From positions 32,001 through 96,000 of the forward strand of contig CALSSJ010000013.1 in the NCBI GenBank assembly GCA_943788985.1: 64,000 nucleotides of DNA, given 5' to 3'. The notes under the pieces were generated by a model that saw only the letters and a program-made list of their open reading frames with translations, did no database searches and was not told the origin of the DNA. This DNA is from an uncultured Lentisphaerales bacterium (GTDB lineage: Bacteria > Verrucomicrobiota > Lentisphaeria > JABSQK01 > UBA12247). The position numbers were made by a program, and so were the translations under genes. Shown piece after piece: positions 57,944 to 64,000 of the stretch (its first letter is position 1; each line of letters opens with the position of its first letter).

Positions 57944-59641
57944 ATGCCAGCCGCTGATTGGACCATTCTATCCCTCTATCTCGCTAGCACGGTGTTTGTC
58001 GGCGTGTTCCTGGGACGCTTTGTAAAAAATGCGTCGGACATGTTCGCGGCTGGCGGTCAGTCGCCGTGGTGGCTCAGTGGGCTGAGCGCCTTCATGACCA
58101 TGTTTTCGGCCAATACCTTTGTAGTCTGGGGCGGCATTGCCTATCAACACGGGGTGGTGGCGATCGCCATCAATCTCTGCTACGGGATTGCGGCAATCGC
58201 AGCCGGCTACACGGTCGCGGGCAAGTGGAAGGCCATGGGCATCGAGACCCCAGCCGACTACATCGAGACCCGCTTCGGGCGCCCAGCACTGCATTTCTAC
58301 ACCTGGTTTATGATGGTGTTCCGGATCGTGGGTACCGGCGGCGCGCTCTATGCCATTGCCCGGCTGACGCTTGCGGTAATGAGCGGTGGCGGCAGTGCTG
58401 GAGACGGGGCCCTAACCGGCGCTGACCTGAACACCGCGATCCTGGTCTTTGCCCTGATCGTGGTCGGCTATACCATGATCGGCGGCTTGTGGGCGGTGCT
58501 GATGACCGACACGCTCCAATTTATCATCCTCAATCTGGCCGTGCTATTTGTCATCCCCCTGGCACTGGCGCGTACTGGTGGCTTCTCGACCTTTCTCGAA
58601 AAGGCACCAGACGGTTTTCTGGCGGTCACCAACGACAAATACACCTTTCTTTTCCTGGCTGGCTGGGTGGCGATCCACTACTTCATGATTGGCGCGGAGT
58701 GGGCGTTTGTGCAGCGCTTTCTCTGCGTGCCCTCGCCCAAGGATGCCCGCAAAAGCACCTTTCTGTTTGGCGGGCTCTATCTGTTCAGTCCTTTCCTCTG
58801 GCTGCTGCCGCCTCTGCTCTGGCGAGTACAATCCCCGATTCCAGAAGGCGCAAGCCCGGAGACCGTGACTCGAATGGCGGAGACCGCCTACATCCTCTCC
58901 TGCAAGGCCGTGCTGCCGATCGGCATGCTCGGGCTGATGCTCGCCGCCCTGTTCTCGGCCACCGCCAGCATGATCAGCTCGCAGCTGAACGTGTTCTCTG
59001 GCGTGCTCACCGAAAACATCTACAAGCCACTTGCCCAAAACCCGTCCGAAAAGCGGCTGGTCCATATGGGGCGGGTGTTCACGCTGGTGCTCGGGATCAT
59101 CGTGGCCCTGGTGGCTATCGCCACACCGTATCTTGGGGGCGCGGCCAAAGTCATCATCTCCGTGACCCAGGTTATGGTCACGCCGCTGTTGGCGCCTACT
59201 CTACTGGCGCTGTTCATTCCACGGCTGGGTGTGAACACGATCTGGGCGACGGTCGGAATCTGCTTCCCGCTCGGTCTCTTGACTAAGTTCACCACGGTGC
59301 TGGAGAATACCTGGCTGGCCGACAGTACGGTCACCGGAGTTTTCCTGCCCTTGGCCGTGATCGCTGTCATGCTCCTGCTGTCTCGCAAAGAAGCTCCGGG
59401 CTGGGCTGGAGTCCGCGAGTTGGAGGCGCAGGCAGCCGGGCGAGACCAACCGCAATCGAGCGCCTTTCCGGCTTTGATAGTCAGCATCAGCCTCGTGCTT
59501 TCTGCGATCACGCTATTGGCTTTAATTCCACTAAACGACGCCAACCACGGACTGCTTGTGGGTTTCGCGGTCGTGCTGCTGATCCTGGCAGCGCTGTTGT
59601 TCTGGCTGGCGAAACGCATGAAAGGACAAGAATCGGCATGA
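57944..59641 (+). CDS. Sodium:solute symporter family transporter
   Basis: SAFMTMFSANTFV, GGLWAVLMTDTLQF, VQRFL and GMLGLMLAALFSATAS; many TMs. Confidence 0.93.
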   Translation: MPAADWTILSLYLASTVFVGVFLGRFVKNASDMFAAGGQSPWWLSGLSAFMTMFSANTFVVWGGIAYQHGVVAIAINLCYGIAAIAAGYTVAGKWKAMGIETPADYIETRFGRPALHFYTWFMMVFRIVGTGGALYAIARLTLAVMSGGGSAGDGALTGADLNTAILVFALIVVGYTMIGGLWAVLMTDTLQFIILNLAVLFVIPLALARTGGFSTFLEKAPDGFLAVTNDKYTFLFLAGWVAIHYFMIGAEWAFVQRFLCVPSPKDARKSTFLFGGLYLFSPFLWLLPPLLWRVQSPIPEGASPETVTRMAETAYILSCKAVLPIGMLGLMLAALFSATASMISSQLNVFSGVLTENIYKPLAQNPSEKRLVHMGRVFTLVLGIIVALVAIATPYLGGAAKVIISVTQVMVTPLLAPTLLALFIPRLGVNTIWATVGICFPLGLLTKFTTVLENTWLADSTVTGVFLPLAVIAVMLLLSRKEAPGWAGVRELEAQAAGRDQPQSSAFPALIVSISLVLSAITLLALIPLNDANHGLLVGFAVVLLILAALLFWLAKRMKGQESA

Positions 59642-61920
59642 TTAGAGCAGACGCAATCGCGGGGATGCGCGAACTTCGCAACGAGACACTAGCGGTCGAT
59701 TTCGCGGTCATTGGTGGTGGCCTGGCCGGGGTCTGCGCGGCGGTAACCGCCGCGCGCCAGGGGCTGCAGGTCGTCTTAGTCCAAGATCGTCCGGTGCTAG
59801 GCGGAAACTCATCAAGCGAGGTACGGCTGTGGGCTCTGGGTGCCACCTCGCATCAGGGCAACAACAACCGCTGGGCCCGCGAAGGGGGCCTGGTCGACGA
59901 GATTCTGGTCGAGAACATGTACCGCAACAAGGAGGGCAACCCGGTCATCTTCGACACGGTGCTACTAGACCTCGTGACGCGAGAGCCCAACCTCCGCCTG
60001 CTGCTCAATACTGCCGTCTACGACGTCGAGAAGTCGGCCCCCGACACCATCGCCAGCGTGACGGGATTTTGCAGCCAGAATTCTACCCGCTACAGGGTCG
60101 AGGCGCCCTATTTCTGTGATGCATCCGGAGACGGCATTGTCGGCTTTCAGGCTGGGGCCGCGTTTCGCATGGGCGCCGAGAAACCCGAGGAGTTTGGCGA
60201 GGGCTTCGCTCCAGATGAGGGGTATGGCGAGTTGCTCGGCCACACCATCTATTTCTACAGCAAGGATACCGGTAAACCGATTCAATTTGTCGCACCGGAA
60301 TACGCGCTGAAAGACATCGCCGAGATTCCACGCTATCGCTGGTTCAATGTCCGGGACCACGGCTGCTGTCTGTGGTGGCTCGAATACGGCGGCCGGCGCG
60401 ACACCGTCCACGACACTGAAGAGATCAAGTGGGAGCTGTGGAAAGTCGTCTACGGGGTTTGGGACCATATCAAGAACTCCGGCGAGTTTCCCGAGGCCGA
60501 GAATCTGACCCTAGAATGGGTCGGGACCATCCCGGGAAAACGCGAGAGTCGCCGCTTCGAGGGCGACCACATGCTCACCCAGCAGGACGTGATCGAGCAA
60601 CGCGTACACCCGGATGCAGTCGCGGTCGGCGGTTGGTCCCTGGACCTGCACCCGTCCGACGCGATCTACAGTGAGAAGACGCCGTGCAATCAGTGGCACA
60701 GCAAGGGCGTCTACGGCATTCCCTACCGCTGCTCCTACAGCCGTAATATCAGTAACCTCTTTCTTGCTGGGCGCATCATCAGCGCTTCGCATGTCGCCTT
60801 TGGCTCGAGCCGCGTGATGCTGACCTGTGCCCATGGTGCCACGGCGGTCGGCATGGCTGCGGCCCACTGCCAACGCGACGGCCTACTCCCCCGCGGCCTG
60901 ACCGAACCAGAACGCATGACGGCGCTACAAACCGCGCTCAATCGAGCCGGACAAGGTATCTCGGGCGTACCACTCGCGGGCGACGGCGACCTTGCGGAGT
61001 CCGCAACGCTGACGGCCTCCTCGACCTATGAGTTGACTGCGCTCGCCGCAGATGGCATCTGGCTGGATCTTACCTGCCCCGTAGCGCAGATGCTGCCGCT
61101 GGCGCCCGAGGACCGCCCTACCCTGTCCTTGACGGTGCGCGCCGCCGAGCCTTGCCAATTGCGCATCGCACTGCAGGTAAGCGATAAAGTCGCGAACTTC
61201 ACCCCGGAGACAACCCTCTGTGAGCAGGCCTTTGCGCTATCCGCGGGAGAGCAGATCATCGCCTTCCCCATCGGCACCAGCGTCGATACACCGCGCTACG
61301 GCTTCCTCTGCCTCTATGGCGACGAGAGCATCGAAGTCGCCTGCTCGCAACAGCGCCTCACCGGCCTACTCAGCGTGCGAAAGCGATTCAACAAAGCGGT
61401 ATCCAACTTTGGCGAACAGGTCCCGCCCGACGGGATCGGGATCGAGCGCTTTGAGTTCTGGACACCAGCTCGCCGTCCGGACGGGCACAATCTCGCCCTC
61501 CAGTTGTCGACGCCGCTCAAGGCGTTCGACGCCTCACAGCTGCGCAGCGGCTGGTTCCGACCCACAACAGCCACAAATGCTTGGGCCGCAAGCCCGGACG
61601 ATCCGAGCCCACGACTTGATTTCCGGTGGAACACAGCACAAAGAATCGGCGAAATCGTACTGCACTTCGACGCGGATTGGGACCATGCCATGGAGACGGC
61701 CCAATATGGCCACCCTGAGAACGTGATGCCATTCTGTGTGCGCGACTACGTGATCCGCGATGCCGACGGCACAGAACTGCACCGTTGCTCCGGCAACTAC
61801 CAGACCATCAATCGCATCCGCTTCGCCGAACCTGTTGACACCCGAGCCATCTCCATCGAACTAGCACACCCATCGAGGCAGGTTTCCGCGTCTCTATTTG
61901 GCGTCCGAGTTTATTCATAA
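59638..61920 (+). CDS. FAD-dependent oxidoreductase (FAD_oxidored type) with C-terminal beta domains
   Basis: GGGLAG, QDRPVLGGNSSSE, DASGDG, KRESRRFEGD and AGRIISASHVAFGSSRVM. Confidence 0.92.
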   Translation: MIRADAIAGMRELRNETLAVDFAVIGGGLAGVCAAVTAARQGLQVVLVQDRPVLGGNSSSEVRLWALGATSHQGNNNRWAREGGLVDEILVENMYRNKEGNPVIFDTVLLDLVTREPNLRLLLNTAVYDVEKSAPDTIASVTGFCSQNSTRYRVEAPYFCDASGDGIVGFQAGAAFRMGAEKPEEFGEGFAPDEGYGELLGHTIYFYSKDTGKPIQFVAPEYALKDIAEIPRYRWFNVRDHGCCLWWLEYGGRRDTVHDTEEIKWELWKVVYGVWDHIKNSGEFPEAENLTLEWVGTIPGKRESRRFEGDHMLTQQDVIEQRVHPDAVAVGGWSLDLHPSDAIYSEKTPCNQWHSKGVYGIPYRCSYSRNISNLFLAGRIISASHVAFGSSRVMLTCAHGATAVGMAAAHCQRDGLLPRGLTEPERMTALQTALNRAGQGISGVPLAGDGDLAESATLTASSTYELTALAADGIWLDLTCPVAQMLPLAPEDRPTLSLTVRAAEPCQLRIALQVSDKVANFTPETTLCEQAFALSAGEQIIAFPIGTSVDTPRYGFLCLYGDESIEVACSQQRLTGLLSVRKRFNKAVSNFGEQVPPDGIGIERFEFWTPARRPDGHNLALQLSTPLKAFDASQLRSGWFRPTTATNAWAASPDDPSPRLDFRWNTAQRIGEIVLHFDADWDHAMETAQYGHPENVMPFCVRDYVIRDADGTELHRCSGNYQTINRIRFAEPVDTRAISIELAHPSRQVSASLFGVRVYS

Positions 61921-62028
61921 ACTCGCTGAAATGATGACGATCGCTTTGTGATCTCAGTTTGATTTCCAGATGGAATTGGACCATAGTGCATACGCTCGAC
62001 TCTCCCTGTATTAATCACCGGGCACATT

Positions 62029-62892
62029 ATGATGCACCCCCGTTACCAGCATTTTCAATTAACTTCTCAGCGACACAAAACGACCGGCACGTCCGCGTTC
62101 ACGTTGATCGAGCTGCTGGTTGTGATCATGATTATCACCATTCTTGCCTCGCTGCTATTGCCCTCGCTGGCGAACGCTAGGCAGAGCGGTAGGAAATCCG
62201 CTTGCGTGTCCAATTTGCGCCAGCTCGCCTTGACCCTCACGATGTATACCGGCGACAATGTCGACCAATACCCGACAACGGGCTGGGGCCCCCTTGGCCG
62301 GATAGTCTGGGACGACTTGGTCGCCGGCTACGATGGCCGCCCGGCATTACCACGCTACGGACGCCTGTTTGCCGACCAGGCCTCCGCTCTGCTGACTCGC
62401 ACCACTTGGGGCGAGAAATACGGCGAGGTCTACAAGTGCCCGGATGACACTCTCCAAAGTTTCTATGGGACCAGCACCGACACCTATGCGCGCTCTTACT
62501 CGATCACCTCGTTGGTCCTGTTTCCCGTTGCTGGCTATGAGGCTGCCAACCATCTTGGGATTTCCGGCTACGCCACCAGTACCGGCCAGAAGCTAACGCG
62601 TAAAAGCAGCGGACTCGTCAAACCAAGCGAAACCATCGTCCTGTCGGAGTATCATAGTCCTTCGAATTTTCTCGGCAACGGCTGGCAACATAGCGCTGCA
62701 GCATACACCATCGAAAATCGCCAGCTCAGCGGCTATTGGGCTCATGGTCGATCGGCAAACTATCTGATCGCTGATGGCCATGTTGAGGCACCGGACTTTT
62801 ATGACACCCTGGCCACGCCGGACGGCTCTGTGTCCAGCCCTGCCAGCAGCGTCGCTGACACCATGTGGGACTCAAGCCCCGGCAGAGACTGA
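62029..62892 (+). CDS. Prepilin-type N-terminal cleavage/methylation protein with an H-X9-DG C-terminal motif
   Basis: [39 protein letters not shown] and [14 protein letters not shown]. Confidence 0.93.
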   Translation: MMHPRYQHFQLTSQRHKTTGTSAFTLIELLVVIMIITILASLLLPSLANARQSGRKSACVSNLRQLALTLTMYTGDNVDQYPTTGWGPLGRIVWDDLVAGYDGRPALPRYGRLFADQASALLTRTTWGEKYGEVYKCPDDTLQSFYGTSTDTYARSYSITSLVLFPVAGYEAANHLGISGYATSTGQKLTRKSSGLVKPSETIVLSEYHSPSNFLGNGWQHSAAAYTIENRQLSGYWAHGRSANYLIADGHVEAPDFYDTLATPDGSVSSPASSVADTMWDSSPGRD

Positions 62893-62929
62893 TTTATCCA
62901 GGCTATCGAGTCGGGACGATCGCTGGCGA

Positions 62930-64000
62930 GTAGTCCAGTTTCCGGTCCTGTGCCCCCTCGAAAAAGGTACTGATCACGTCTCGTTCTCAACACTCCAATT
63001 GCTCTCAATCCGGCCGTCTCCAAGCACGATGCGGTCCAGTTCATTCCGAAACCAATCAGCCAGCTTGAGGTAGCGCGGATCGTTCGCGACATTGGCCTGC
63101 TCACCAGGATCATCGCGCAGATCAAATAGCGCCAACGCCACGTCTTCCCGTGGGCCTTCAAGCCCCCATTTGGTGTCCTCGCCAGCGGCATTGCCCACTT
63201 CTCCCCCGTCTTTCCATCTTTTCGCCGTACTCGCATTGAGAATGCAAAATCATCTGTGCGAAGATAGGCCCGTGGCCCGATCACCTGATTCATCTCGCCA
63301 ATCACATAGTCCCGGTGAGCCTGGCCCATACAGCCTAACGTCCACCGGAAAGCCCTCCGAGTGCGCGTAGGCACCCTCAGCCAGGTCAGCGCCCCCGCCC
63401 TCAGGATGGTCGGGGAAAATCAAAAAACTCATGACTCACCTTCCCGGCAGGCCACGTTTTCTTGTTCGACGACATGGCAATGACGGCGCAATGATTCGAC
63501 ATGCTGTAGGGACCGGACTTGGCCTCGATTCTAGTTTTCCCAAGTGCCAGCCGTGATCGCCGATCACGTACAGGATCAAGAAGCCGCGACCGCTCTTGCG
63601 ACTGAACGCCTTGAAGCTCTTAAACGCAGCTGTGATCTGCCGATTCATCGTCATCTGAGTCGTTGCCGGGCTGACGCCGCCGAGGATGACGTTCGGATTG
63701 CTGCGCGCATACGAACGCAGGATGTCCAAACGCTCATCGACCGCGAGTTGCTGCTCGATGATCTCCGTTGGCAGTTTCACCTTCCACGCGGCCTTCTTGT
63801 CAATCGCCTAGGACAGCAGAGTCGGCTCCCCAGAAAACCTTCTTTATGGTTTTCTGGGGAGGTAGCTTGTATGCCCAGACGTCAAGTCGCCGTTGAATAT
63901 CCGCACTGAACCGCTAGAAAAGTTCCCAGGCAGCATTAGCATAACGGCGTTCCCTGCACGAAATCGGAGACCCGGATGCAGTCGCTACATCCCTGCCGCA
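62930..64000 (-). pseudogene. Sulfatase relic, multiply frameshifted, extends beyond the window
   Basis: [32 protein letters not shown] and IVLGDGRIE fragments in different frames. Confidence 0.75.

Noticed and set aside
1..64000. CRISPR array, tRNA, rRNA, prophage or intact transposase
   Set aside because: I saw no regularly spaced repeats, cloverleafs, rRNA signatures, phage genes or full-length transposases.

Overview
GC-rich bacterial chromosome segment, most likely PVC superphylum (Lentisphaerae/Planctomycetes-like, inferred from a PVC-type CxxCH dehydrogenase, prepilin/H-X9-DG proteins, a kinase-LRR protein and sulfatase relics). It appears to span the replication terminus: a clear dif site at 13648-13675, KOPS-like GGGNAGGG octamers that switch strand there, and a G-rich to C-rich shift on the + strand (spot-checked by eye). 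Housekeeping genes (xseA, hemA, mutL, slyX, kdsB, TrmH, glycogen debranching enzyme) alternate with accessory DNA. The accessory DNA includes IS4 and IS1634 remnants, a 275-bp MITE with a second partial copy, many gene fragments, a type III PKS/methyltransferase/FAD-monooxygenase cluster and an AraC-controlled catabolic locus. Best novelty candidates: (i) two unrelated secreted proteins ending in the same short PGA[VI]IL[LV]x tail, each leading an operon with a prepilin-type gene, one behind a G12-spacer promoter; (ii) a DnaA-box/IHF cluster abutting dif; (iii) two unannotated structured RNAs; (iv) a 49-aa peptide with a four-way-junction leader; (v) a receptor-like pseudokinase-TPR-LRR protein. 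Several frameshifts in otherwise intact genes sit in short G/C runs and are probably sequencing errors. All family calls come from motif recognition, not from database searches.
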